64,000 nucleotides of DNA, taken from positions 52,452,001 through 52,516,000 of the forward strand of contig NC_083223.1 in NCBI RefSeq assembly GCF_032191835.1, in the 5' to 3' direction. The notes beneath the pieces are model-generated. The model was not told where the DNA came from, made no database searches, and worked only from the letters and a program-made list of their open reading frames with translations. The position numbers and the translations under genes were made by a program. This document shows, in pieces, positions 1-12,510 of this stretch (within the stretch, counting starts at the first letter, position 1; each line of letters opens with the position of its first letter). This DNA is from Heteronotia binoei (Eukaryota).

Positions 1-400
1 AGACTAGAAGCAGCTCTTCAGGGTTTTAGGTAGAGGTCTTTCACAGAGTGGTAAAGCAAGCAGTACTGTGGCCTGAACTCTCTGCTCATGACCTGAGTTC
101 GATTCCGGCAGAAGCTGGATTCAGGTAGCCGGCCCAAGGTTGACTCAGCCTTCCATCCTTCTGAGGTCAGTAAAATGGGTACCCAGCTTGCGGGGGGGGG
201 GGGAGTGTAAAAGACTGGGGAAGGCGATGGCAAAGCACCCCATAAAAAGTCTGCCGTGAAAACGTTGTGAAAGCAACGTCACCCCAGAGTTGGAAATGAC
301 TGGTGCTTGCACACGGGACCTTTCCTTTTCCTTTCACATCACCTCCTGTCTGATCATTTTACCTGCAGACGCTGGAGATTGCAGGGTTGGCAATGGATTC
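1..400 (-). mobile_element. Old tRNA(Ala)-derived SINE, split by the Sauria SINE
   Basis: Rejoining 1-45 with 339 onward gives aggtagaggtctttcacatcacc, the reverse complement of the family seen at 15970-16160. Ends approximate. Confidence 0.55.
46..330 (+). mobile_element. Sauria SINE (slightly 5'-truncated) inserted into an older SINE
   Basis: Sauria-type body ending GACCTTTCCTTTTC; 8-bp TSD CTTTCACA at 38-45 and 331-338. Confidence 0.85.
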
Positions 401-1140
401 CTGCTGCATCTGGATGAGGAGCCAAATATGTAGTAGCCAGTGGCTTCTTCCTATATCCACATGTGGTTGCTTTGGAATATCTACATCTCTCCTGAGATAG
501 ATAGGTAGCAGACCAGTATTAGAAGCAGCTGAGATTGACTAAAAGCTGTGTAGTTATGTTGCATGTCATAGCTTGGAGAATTAACTTAGTAGGAAAGTTT
601 GTATTAAAGGATATCTTCACCTTGAATCTGTGCCAGTTTGAGACATCTGTAGCTGAGATCTGATCTGCCTGGTATCCATGGTAGCAGAACTGTGCCCTAA
701 ATGAACTACACTGTATTGTATGGCATACTGGTTTCTGAGCTCCTTACCTGCATGACATAGCTGCTCAAAGACAACACCAGCATGCATAAAGGGTAGATGT
801 TTCTCCTGGTATGCTGGCAGGACAGGTGTTTATCTATAATGGAAGTGAGCATGGTGATGGTAGTGGCCTGTACAGCATTAGGGTTGGGTTGGTTATAACT
901 AAAAGCACATTATATCAAAAAGTGCTCATACACTTTAGTGCTCCAGATCCTATCTATTTACTAACAGTGATTCAACTGCTTAAAGACTGAGATTCCAGTG
1001 CTGAAGTAATTTTATGGATCCAGCCAGAAAGGCATCTGCTAGAAGCAAAGCTAATGCAGTGAGCTAACATGGCCCTGAACTGAAGCAAACATATTTGCAG
1101 TGCAAACAGGACTCTGTTTTTCTGTTAGCAATATGGCTAG

Positions 1141-1359
<219 letters not shown>

Positions 1360-3533
1360 TAAAGTTAATACATCTTGGTGAAAGGGATTTATTACTGTGG
1401 CCTTTCAACCTTCCCAGGCCTGGAACTTCATGTTTTTAACCCTCTTGGGTGGTAGCAGCATGGTACCCCATAATTGCAAACATGTGACAGGAAGTACCAG
1501 GAGAGAAAAGCCCTGCCTTTGCAATGAACATGTGGCACAGAGTGACCTCACCTTTGTGTGGACACTCCTGTGAGTGTACAAAGAGGTAAGGAGTTGGCAG
1601 CCTTACTTTCAGTAGATGCTCTCAAGCAGCAACTCCTTGCAAATTATAGGAATACAAAAATGGTGGACCTCTGACCTAGAAGGCGGGACTCTGACTCTCT
1701 TGAGGATCCCAGCCCCATGGTTTGAACTTAGACCTCTGATTCAGTCTGCTAGCAGTCCAGCCATGAAAACCATTCAGGCAAGTGCAGGTAAAACTGTAGA
1801 TATTTCCTCTTCTCCCAAATGGGAAGAGCATGGGTATTATAATCCTGCTTGTGCATTTGAAAGCTAGTAAATTCTGGTCTGTGTTCCAGAAAGGTATTAT
1901 CCACATTGTAAAGTAGCTTTATACAGCAGAGGTTAATGAATCTGTTTTGTAAAGACTGATGCAGGAAGATGTCTATATAGTCAAGGGACAAAGTGTTGTT
2001 CAGATTTTATATACTTCAGCCCTTCAGCATCTCTAAATAATTCTGAACCCTCAAGGTACTTTAATAAAAGTCTTGAAGTTGAGACTTCATAGAAGAGTCT
2101 TTATATACACAGCAGATTATTAAAGCCTATTGGAGCAGAAAATCTGGATACATTTCGTATTAACTTGACAGATAAATTTACGAAGGTAGTTAATAGTTTT
2201 AATTCTCCTTTTTTTTGCTATGGACTGTTGTAAGGTTTGTTGTAAGAATGTTGAGAATTTTTTTAATTCAGTTTAGCAAGCTAAAATGTAACATATTTTG
2301 TTTTGGTCTTTTCATGGAAACATTTTGTGTTCAAACTGTTGGTATAACATGCCAAAAGGGCAGGGGAGGGGGGGAATGCTTCCATTGCAGGATTTTGTGA
2401 AATGATGCATTCTCTCCTCATCCTCCTCTGAAGGGTTAATGTGACCAGTAACAGGCCTGAACTACTTTGCAGGTGTTTTAAATTGGCTGTTCAGCCTGCA
2501 TATCTCTTATCATCTACAAGGCCAAAGTTGGAAGCTGGTAATTAGTTTCTCAGGGGAACTTGTTATCTGTGATGGGAGGGGGAGAGATTGAGACTGGTGA
2601 GGTAATCTTGGGGTTTCTCTTGGAGACATGTTCTGGTTGGATGTCATCATTGCCTGATGTGCTGGGCCAAAAAAACTATAATTGAACTGTGGCCCTGAAG
2701 AGAGGAGGCTAGCTGAGATCTTCATGGACTGTAGGTTGGCATTATGACCTGCAATTGCTAGAAACGTAGATAATTCTGATATGAGGCCTTACTTTCAAAA
2801 TGAAGGTTTGTGCCACCTAACACAATCCTTGTGAGTTTTATGTAGCTGAAGCTAGCTTCGTTGTTTTCTTTCCTGTATTATTTTAGCGTAACATGTTGGC
2901 AGTAAATTTTCTTTATTAATTAATATTTTTTGAATAAACTTTATAAATATTTTTTAACAGCCGTCTGATTCTTGTGTACGCTTGCCCTGGGAGCCCACAA
3001 GGTTAGCTTCTGGCTTCCTTGACAGATTTGCTTTACTTTTGGTCTTCCTTTTCCTGCAGCTCTTTGAGTTCAATTCTAAGGAATTAGCCCTATAAAAAAA
3101 ATTAACCCTCAAGGTCCTGTCATGTTTTTTTACTTTTAGTGCAACACAAAAAAATGGCTCCTGAGAGTCAGCCTGTCCTTCCTCAGCTAGATTGACTGTT
3201 GTTGGGCTGCAGAAAGAAGAGGGTGATGAGGAAATTTTGCTCCACTGACAGAAATCTCTTCCACCAATGGAGATCTTCTGCAGGACACATGAATGATATT
3301 TTATTTTCTCTCACAACCCACCTGTCCTTTTCATCCTCTGCTGTGCAATTTGTACATGCTTTTAGGGTGCATTGTCTCCAGCACTTAGGCATGTGTGCCC
3401 AGGCAATTGACACCAGCAGACCAGGCAGTTTACACTGGCAGACCAGCCATTTTGAAGTCTTTAAGCTTATTTGTACCTTATCAGCAGTGACTCAGCAGCA
3501 ATAGTGACTTATTTTTTTCAAAAAACTGTTTAG

Positions 3534-3701
3534 GGTTTGGAATGTCCGTTACAACCATTCCCACGACCAATTAGTCCTTACAGCCAGCAGTGACAGCAGA
3601 GTCATTCTTTCCAACATGGTGTCCATTTCTTCTGAACCTTTTGGTCATCTGGTGGATGATGAGGAACTTAGTGACCAGGAAGATCACCAGCAGGAGGACA
3701 A
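3534..3701 (+). CDS. EIPR1: EIPR1 penultimate coding exon (168 nt, phase 2-2)
   Basis: Acceptor tttAG (3532-3533), donor AA|GTaaga (3702). Translation [55 protein letters not shown] is in frame with both neighbouring exons. Confidence 0.96.
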
Positions 3702-6232
3702 GTAAGAAACCTGTTCATTTTTAATCAACTTGACTGTGTTGAGTTTTCATCATAATTAATGAGTTGACCTCTTCTGACTTTTTAGGATTTTTGTGTACAT
3801 ACCTTATAGGTAAGTAGCTTAACTTATTGGGGTGTGTTACCTTTCTAAGGCTGTGGAACTGGCACTTCTCAGAACTTTCATGACTGCTCATTATTTCACC
3901 CAAGAAAATTTGATGGGGCTCCTTATGACACTGAAAGGGCAATTTTTTTGGCTTTCGTTAAGTGTGTCTCCTGGGCAGGTGGTGTTGGTTTCACAAAATA
4001 GTGGACTTCCATGCCATTAAAATCCCAATGGCCTCTTAGAATTTGGCATTATAATGCTTATCTCACCCTCAATTCTTCTGCAGTATTTAGCTGCTCTCCT
4101 CACACTGCAACGGATACAGGAGCTGTTTTTCATATGGGGGGTAGGATAGAAAAAGGGGCCTTGCAGTCCCAGTGTTGCATGAGAGGAAGCTTGCTGCATG
4201 CTTCTTAGGACACCATCTTTTAAAATGGTAATGTTCTCAAACTAAATATTTCAACACTTGAAAGGAATATTATATGGTAATTGTAAGTTTATATTATTTA
4301 TGGTTGCTCCTTCAGGGAAGCTTCATATTTAAATGTATCTCTAACAGCTTGCATAGACTTGGAAGGCGATACACATTCCACCCCACCCCCCTCCCGTTGG
4401 ACCCTGAAACCTATCTCCTGTCACTTAAATGCACGACTTGGTTTCTTGCATACTGGTAAATGTGGTGAGCGGTTATCCTCACCTTGTTTCTTGGAGGTGA
4501 AACCTACTAACCTACCTGCTTCTTCTACCTTTTTGACTGTACTAGACCTGCCGTGTTCCTTTAGTCATCTCACCTATGATTTGTGTTATGAAATGAGTTG
4601 CTATTTTATTCTACTCATAGCTTTCCTCTCAATACTTTCAAAATTGTCAACAGCCTTTTTTAATTCACATCCTGCTCTGAACGGAACACAGTACTTCTGT
4701 TGATGGCTTACTAATGCTGAATAGAGCAGCATTATCTGTTCTCACAGTCTTGGAAACAATGCTTCTGTCACAGAAGTACATATAAAAAGGGCATTGCTTT
4801 TTGTGCTTCAGCATCGTATTCTCAATATGTTCAGTTGATCACCTGCAATAAGCCCTACTTTTTTCTCAAGAGCACTGTTGCCTGCTTAGCCATTTTTCCC
4901 TCTTAAACGCTGGCATATTGTTTTAAATATGGTGACATTTAATAATCTTTTTGTGTTGCATGTCTCATTGTTGCCTTTTAGTGTAGCCATCCAACCAATT
5001 GATGTCTTTTGGAATTTTTAGCTTGTCTTCTAGGGCATTTGCTGTACTGCTTCCATTCTGTATAATTTTTCAATGCAAGATAAATGTTGAGTTTGACCCT
5101 GCATAGCCCATAGAATATAGCATGTGATATAGTCCACAAGTTTACGAATGAAGACACCGCCCACACCATGATAGTGACTAATGCTGAACATACATATGTA
5201 AGGCTCACATATTTCATGCTGTGCATGTGAAAGTGGGGGGGGGAGAAGCAAAGGCACACTCAGGTACTTCACTGGATTCTACATGGTGCGGCGGGGAGAC
5301 AGAAGTCTGGCCATCAGTTCTTCTATGTTTTTGGTGTCCTTTGTGCCCATAACAAATCAAACATTCAGCCAGCAAGGCAAGAACCAGGTAAAAACTGAGG
5401 ACCATTCCACACAAGATAGAATTCATTTGAAGAGCACTCTTCCCTTTGCCACTGTGACAGGCCTTTTCTGCCAACTGAGGGGACCCAGACAACCTCTGAT
5501 GATTTTGAGGAACCAGATTTGTTTTAAACTGTGAAACTTCCCCCATTACTAGACGTTCTTCAGGCAGCAAATGTAAAGGCTTTGAGTTTGCTGCCGTGAA
5601 CAAGTAGAACATGGAAATCATTGAGAAAGGAGTTGTATGTAAATAACAAAAAAGGTTTATTTGCAGGATGGTTTCAAGGAACAGATCAACAGCAGAGGTC
5701 TCTAGATAGTCAGAGACAAAACCAGGCTGAGGAACATAAATTTATAAATTTAAGATAGTTATGGTTAACATTTTCTTCAGTGCTTTCAGGTACAAAGTAG
5801 CTACTAGGTTTTGGATCCTTTCACATGCACAGGATTCCACCCACACCAGCCTGCCCTTTCCCAAGAGTCAGACTAAATGGTATAAAGTCTGCTAATTACC
5901 CGAGAAAGACTAAGAATTGGGTACTCTGTTCTCTCCCAGAGGTAGAGCTATACCACACTTCTATGCTACCAGGCAGTGAAAGGAACCATAAACAAGAAAT
6001 CTGTATTATATGCAAACTAGTTAATTTCTACAAAATATAAAGTGTCTGGTGTCATTAGGCAATAATACATGAACTCTGAACAGCTTAAGCAAACACATTA
6101 CAAGTCCTATCAACAGGGAAGAATGTGTTATGCATTCAACCTTTTGAAGTCATGCTATAAGATGTAGCAGCAACTTAACATCACAGTCTGTTTTGAAAAG
6201 AAACTGATACAACTAGATTCAACAAACAATTA

Positions 6233-6980
6233 CCGTATTTTTCGCACCATAAGACGCACCCCCCCCCCGAAAAAAGTGGGGGGGAAAGTGTGTGTATCTT
6301 ATGGAGTGAAGGTACCGGTACCTACCTTCCGGGGGGGGGGGGGGCGATCCGCTGCCTCCGATCCCGGCGCTTCCTCCATGCCTGCCTGCCTGCCTGGCTT
6401 CAACTCTAACGCTTTTAGCAAGCGCCAGGATCGCTCCCTCTGCCCTCCGATCCCGGCGCTTGCTGTAAGCATCAGAGCTGAAGCCAGGCAGGCAGGCACG
6501 GAGGAAGCACCCGCCCCCTCAGCAAACCCAGCGCTTTGCGAGCGCCGGCTGTGGAGAGGGCAGCGTGCTTCCTCCGTGCCTTTCTGCCTGGCTTCAGCTC
6601 TGACGCTTACAGCAAGCGCCAGGATCGCTCCCTCTGCCCTCCGATCCCGGTGCTTGCTGTAAGCATCAGAGCTGAAGCCAGGCAGAAAGGCACGGAGGAA
6701 GCACGCTGCCCCCTCCACAGCCGGCGCTCGCAAAGCGCTGGGTTTGCGGAGGGGGTGGGTGCTTCCTCCATGCCTGCCTGCCTGGCTTCAGCTCTGATGC
6801 TTACAGCAAGCGCCAAGATCGGAGGGCAGAAGGAGTGATCCTGGTGCTTGCTGTAAGCGTCAGAGCTGGAGCAAGGCAGGCAGGCATGGAGGAAGCACCG
6901 GGATCGGAGGCAGCGGATCGCCCCCCAGGAGGAAGGTGCGTCCTATCGTCTGGAGCGCCTTATGGTGCGTAAAATACGGG
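6233..6980. mobile_element. Non-autonomous Tc1/mariner (Tc2-like) element with palindromic interior
   Basis: TA at 6231-6232; left TIR CCGTATTTTTCGCACCATAAGACGCACC; right TIR ...GCGCCTTATGGTGCGTAAAATACGG ending 6979, then one extra G and TA (6981-6982). No transposase ORF. Confidence 0.85.
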
Positions 6981-7287
6981 TATACCAGGTAGAACACCTC
7001 ACCAAAATTTGAAAGTTCTATCCAAAATTTTCCAGAATCTGGCTAACAAGCAGCTGGCTAACAAGCTTGTTTTGACATCTCTCTTTTTCAAAGCCCGAAT
7101 GGCTTCACATTCATAGAACAACTTCTTGAATGTTGTTATAGTCCAACACTGGAATCTCACTTTCTTTTAAAATTATTCCTCTTTACTATTTGGCTGGTAA
7201 GCCTTCCAACTTTCAGCATTCCTCTGCCATACTACCAGGTGGAGCTACCCTTCAGCCTATCTGCTGTTTTAAAGCCAGACCTAATCT

Positions 7288-7339
7288 CACCCCAGAGTTG
7301 GAAATGACTGGTGCTTGCACAGGGGACTACCTTTACCTT
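7288..7339 (+). mobile_element. Extremely 5'-truncated Sauria SINE/BovB-type 3' end
   Basis: CACCCCAGAG...GACTACCTTTACCTT matches the Sauria 3' end; 6-bp TSD TAATCT at 7282-7287 and 7340-7345. Confidence 0.7.
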
Positions 7340-7838
7340 TAATCTTTCACTGCTGTCTCCCCAAAGTAGATCTGAACTCTCTCCTGTTGCGCTTCCCTCC
7401 AGCTTCCCTCCCCCTCCTGCAAGGTGATTGGATGCTGGAGCTGCATGGCTGTTCAGGGACAGGACAGCCTCCTGTTCATCACAAACACCCATAGAAAAAC
7501 TGGTTGAATCCCGCTGGTGCACTCAGCAAAGCTGAAAGCCTCCCTCCATCCTAAGAAGGTTTCTTTTAGTTTAACTGGGCCTTCTGCCCTAGCATGTGTA
7601 CGCTCCATCTGGACTTCATTCAGTAGTAGCTGAATAGATAGGTAACCATGAAATGCAAGTCTCATTTCCTCTGAAATATAATCTTACATTGCATACAAAG
7701 AGCTAAACAATTAAAACGTAGGTTCACTTCCTGCTCAGGGACATCTGTGTTCTTCAACTATCTGGTCGAGGACTGGTTCTCTCACACACTTTTTAAAATG
7801 GTTCATGTGTAGGGATACTGCAAATTTTATAATGAAGG

Positions 7839-8004
7839 CAGGGCATTTTTTCTGGAAAAAGAGATGCCGAAACTCTCAAGTGATAAATGAAGGAGAAACA
7901 CATAGGTGCCCCTCATGAACTGTTAAACATTTTTTGAGAATTTTGTTTCCACAAAGAGGTTCTGGAACTCTGTTCCACTGCGTCCCCCCAGAAAAAAAGC
8001 CCTG
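7839..8004. mobile_element. hAT-type MITE (CAGGGC...GCCCTG TIRs)
   Basis: Ends CAGGGCATTTTTT / AAAAAAAGCCCTG; 8-bp TSD AATGAAGG/CGTGAAGG (6/8). Inverted relative of 31267-31452. Confidence 0.75.
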
Positions 8005-8146
8005 CGTGAAGGTTTTCAACAATTCAAGTGTACCATGCTCAGATGTGTTGGTCAGATGTCAGCCAACTTGTAAACAAACAACAGAGAAGGGTAGGATTTT
8101 GTTTAAGGGTAGGATTTTGGTTGAGGACAGCAACAGTTATTATCTT

Positions 8147-8420
8147 GGCTAGTTTGGTGTAGTGGTTAAGCACGTGGACTCTTATCTGGGAGAACTGGGT
8201 TTGATTCCCCACTCCTCCACACGCATCTGGTAGAATGGCCTGGGGTCAGCCATAGCTCTGGCAGAGATTGTCCTTGAAAGGGGAGCTGCTGTGAGAGCCC
8301 TCTTAGCTCCACCCACCTCACAGGGTGTCTGTTGTGGGGGGAGAAGATAAAGGAGATTTTAAGCCGCTCTGAGTCTCTGATTCAGAGAGAAGGGCGGGGT
8401 ATAAATCTGCAGTTTTTCTT
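8147..8420 (+). mobile_element. tRNA-derived SINE with L2-like 3' end (Squam3-like)
   Basis: Head TTTGGTGTAGTGGTTAAG...GGTTTGATTCCCC (A/B box-like); tail AAGCCGCTCTGAG...GGGTATAAAT. Many sister copies in this window. Confidence 0.85.
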
Positions 8421-8559
8421 GCCTGTCACCCTCTTCTACTCTCTATACTCATCCTGCCCTCTCCCCCACATCTGCAAAGTGGTTGGCAGTCTGAAATTGG
8501 GAATAATTAGAACTCACCATCTTAGTCTTTTAGCTTTGTGCTATTAATATTATCCAGAT

Positions 8560-8665
8560 GTTTTATTTTATGCTTGATGTTTTTATTGTTACTGTATATC
8601 ACCCAGAGCCCTGCGGTAGCAGAGATTGGGAGATTCATAAGTCCAGTTAAGCAACAAGAACAGCA
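8560..8665 (+). mobile_element. Degenerate L2-type 3' tail ending in a (CAA/CAG)n simple repeat
   Basis: T-rich tract, then tgtatatcacccagagccc...gggagattcataa, resembling the L2 terminal motif. Boundaries approximate. Confidence 0.45.
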
Positions 8666-10514
8666 GCAGCAGCGGCCACCACCACCACCCAGGTCACAAC
8701 AAAGAAGCTGTGAATACCTGCCAGAATAGTTTGCCTCAAATTTTTGTAACATTGTGCACGTGCAAAGACATTGCTGATTGAAACCAATTGGCAGCCATTA
8801 GCACTAGTAGGGACATCTTAGACAACAGAGAAGGGTAGGATTTTGTTTAAAAGCAGCATTTCTTCATGATTGCTTTATACGATTTGTGACTGATCTGTCT
8901 ATTGAAACAGTGCAGTTATGCAGCAAGTGTGGGTGGGGTGGTAATACAACTTAATTGGAGTGTGAGAATGCACATGCATGAAAAGCTAGTTGCACTGTTT
9001 GCAGTTGGCAAACAAGAAACGAGACAAACTGTCCAAGCAGCCCTATTAGTGTGCCAGTTCAGTAATTTTTTTTGGAACCCCGTTACATAGATTGATATCA
9101 AACTGTGTGACTCATATAAATACAGTGATATAGAGCTTGAGAAATATTAAACTATGCATGTACTAAATACCATATCCTTCAGAACTCTGTCATTCCTTTA
9201 TCAGGGGCAGAATGAATTTCAGTTCCCAAATAAATAAGTAAATTTTCTTTCCGCATGCATTTGCCTATTGAGAACAGAAAATGCAGCTTCAACTCCTTTC
9301 AAAGAGTTTGGGAAGGTCAGCAGGAAGTACTATTAAAGAAGTCTGTGCCATGGTCACATATAAAATGTTGTATATAGTTTTAGAGATCCTTTTTTAAAAA
9401 AGCACTGTAAAAGGCAAGTGTAAAGTGATCAATGACTTACCATAACTTGTCTATGAAGATTGGCTAAAGTTATTTAGGCTTTTGAGTTGAAAAATCGGAG
9501 TTGAGATATTATAGAGATTTGTTTCTTTCCCCACCCCAAGAGAAAAGAGTGTTCTGTGATTGCCAAAAGGAAATGCATTTCATACCAGGCAGGGTTGATT
9601 TATGAAAGCATAAATATGTTGATAATCACTAGCTAAATGGCTTTTTAATAAAGATTGCACAAAGCCTTTGTCACACCTATCTCCAACTACCATTACCATG
9701 ATAATTAAATGGAAATTCTCTATCTAAAGGCAATATATCTGAGTTTCTACTTGGTGGTATACTGCCTCTGAATATGTAGCTGCTGTTTAATTGTCATAGC
9801 CTTCACAGAACAAATCATATGAACTGCTCTGTTTTGAGGACAAAATAGCAAATACTGGTTTTCTCTTCTATGTACTGCGTGTTGATTAATTTAGATATTT
9901 ATTCCCCCCCCATCTTTTCTTCTTAGTGGCTTACAATATCCTTATTTTCCTTCTCCATTTTTTCTCACACCAATCCTGCGAGGTGGCTTAGACTGAGAGT
10001 GGGAGCAACTGGCCCAAAGTCACCCAGCAAGCTTCCACAGCAGAGTGGGCATTCAAACCTGGGTCTCCCAGATCCCAGTCCAGATCTCTAATCTCTGCAC
10101 CCACTGGTTCTCAGTTAGGAGCAGAGTCACCTGGCTGTCTGCTGCTGTTGACATAATGAGGTTGAGTTGATCAACCTTGGTTTGGTCTAGCAAGGAATGA
10201 CAAAACTGTGCAACTCTCATCTAAACTGGAGATTGAAACGTAGCTAATGTAGCACCAATTCTCTACCAATAAAAGGCTTGCATCGTCAAGCTTCATCTAT
10301 TTTTTGAACATAAGCAAGCAAGCAGATATGTGTGATGAGATATACATTATGTACAGGATTTCCCAAAAAACTTTTGATCTCTTTATTTTTAGTAGATCTT
10401 TATCTCACACTTCTCCTAAGAGTGGCATACATGGCTCCTCATATTTGTTACATTATTATATTATATTTGTTATATTTCTTATAACAACCCCTTCACATAT
10501 GTAAGTGGCCCAAC

Positions 10515-10665
10515 AAGGGGTTTTCAAGGCAAGTGAGAAGCTAGGGTGGTTTGTCATTGCCTTCCTTTGCAGAGTCTTCCTTGGTGGTCCCCCCCATTCA
10601 AGTATCAAACCTGCTCAGTGTCCAAGATCTGATGAGATTGGGCTATAACATGCCACCTTCCCTCC
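10515..10665 (-). mobile_element. Degenerate 5S rRNA-derived SINE
   Basis: Reverse complement resembles 5S (gatcttggacactgagcagg...tacttgaatgg) followed by the gcaatgacaaaccacc...ttgccttgaaaacccc 3' part. Confidence 0.55.
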
Positions 10666-12212
10666 CAACAATCCTCTTAGGCTGAGAGGAAGCATCTGGC
10701 CCAAAGTCACTCTGTCAGTATTATGGCAGAATGGAGTGATCATAGCCTGACACTATAACTACTACACTGCTCTGGTTTCAAGATCTTTCACCAAAGGCTA
10801 TTTTGTAATTGTAGTAGCTGTGAATCAAAAGACAGAATAATTAGTAAAAGAAAAGGAAGCTGAAGGTAGGGCAAATGGAAAGAGGTAGACAACATCTCTG
10901 TGTTCTGTATTGAGTGGTAATTAGTATTCATATGCATACAAATATATACAGAGTGGCAAGTAGTCGGGAGGCAAGGGGGAGCAGGGATGTAATTCTGTTT
11001 GCGTATACACAAATTACGATGGTGAAGATCCAAAAGGAACTCTCTAATCTAGACTGCTGGGCAATGGAATAGCTAATGTGGTTCATTGTAAAGGCTTAGT
11101 GAAGTATATGGTACAAAAATCCTAACCCCATATATGCTGATGCCTGGTGCATAGTCTTCCAAATGGGTGTGCACCATAAATCTATACTAAAGTGTTATGA
11201 AACTGGTAATAGTATTTATTCTCAGTCCATTTCCTAGTATTCCCTAACATGGGATTTCTTTCTTTGTCACTACCACACACTGAGTGGGATCCTATCAAAC
11301 AGATCTGCAGGCGCAAGAGTCTTCAACAAGTCAAGAAAGGCAAGCCTGGGTGAAGTCAGGCATTGTATCCCATTGTGCGTCTCTGCTCGTGCAAGGCATT
11401 AGTACAAAGGCAAACTCAACAACTTTCTATACATGCCCCCACGATGAAATTTCCCCATCCCAATTTTTCTGGTGTATCCTGTGTACATGCACAAGCTTCT
11501 CTTAACACCCCAGATATACTAAAACCTTCCAAAGCACTGCCAGATGTTTTGATCAGGCCAAGCAAGCAAGCAAAACCAACACAGCGGAACAAAACAAAGA
11601 GGTCGTTCTTAAAATAGCACTTGCAGAGTGTGTTGCTGTGGAATGAGATGAACATTCCTTTGGTTTATATATGATGGGGTCACAGATTCAATGATCCTGT
11701 TGTGCTATCCTTCTCTAAGATTTTTTGTGACATATCTGGTGGCTGCTTTGCTGTCGGAAGCAGTTGGCCACTAAATGCCATTGTTGAGAAGGAGGATCAG
11801 CCAGGGAGCCCTGTTACCTTCATGGGATTCCTCTGTTTTGCCAGTTTTGGAACTTGGATACTAGACACACAGATTCTTGGTTTGATCCAAGAAGGATCAG
11901 TTTTTGGTCCCCCTCCTCCCACAAAAAAAAAAAAAAGACAAACCCAAATTCCAAACTCTGGTTTTGAGATAACTTATGTTTCTCTGAGTGAGATGGATGG
12001 CAACATTTAAAAACCCAGGAAGAATGGATGCAGCATTTTAGCAGACATGTATATTTTAATTGACTCTTGTTAATACTAACATATGCCTAAGCGTTGGCCA
12101 CCTAGTGTAAAAACATACATGTAAAAGTGTAAAAAATGTTCAGTCAGTAGGTTTCCAAAGAAGTAGTGATTGGAAGCCATGTTATCTCTGTGGTTTGGTG
12201 TAGTGCCAAACT

Positions 12213-12510
12213 GAGAGCCAATTTGCTGTCATGGTTACAAGCAGCAAACTCTAATCTTGGAGAACCGGGTTTGATTCCCTACTCCCCCACATGCAGCTGT
12301 GGGTGTGACCTTGGGTCAGTCACGCATTCTCTCAGAGCTGTTCTCCTTAAGAGCAGTTCTCGAAAGAGCTCTCTCAGCCCCACTTTCCTCACATGGAGTC
12401 TGTTGCGGGGAGGGGAAGGGAAAGGAGATTGTAGGCTGCTCTAAGACTCAGAGTGAAGGGTGGGGTATAAATCAAATCTCATCTTCTCCTTCCCTCTTTT
12501 TCTTCTTTCC
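12213..12510 (+). mobile_element. tRNA-derived SINE (Squam3-like, older subfamily)
   Basis: GAGAGCCAATTTG head, GGGTTTGATTCCC, L2-like tail GGGGTATAAAT plus pyrimidine repeat. Confidence 0.75.

Noticed and set aside
5214-5621. 135-aa minus-strand ORF as a nested gene or endogenous viral element
   Set aside because: No recognisable viral or cellular motif, no splice context, and length is compatible with chance. Other unassigned 60-110 aa ORFs in the track were rejected for the same reason.
6276-6838. Overlapping 69-144 aa ORFs on both strands
   Set aside because: Artefacts of the GC-rich palindrome; the same peptides recur on opposite strands and there are no transposase motifs.
8538-8729. 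ORF resembling signal peptide + polyQ/polyP
   Set aside because: The hydrophobic part is a T-rich LINE-tail-like tract and the Q/P run is a CAG/CCA simple repeat; no splice or homology support.
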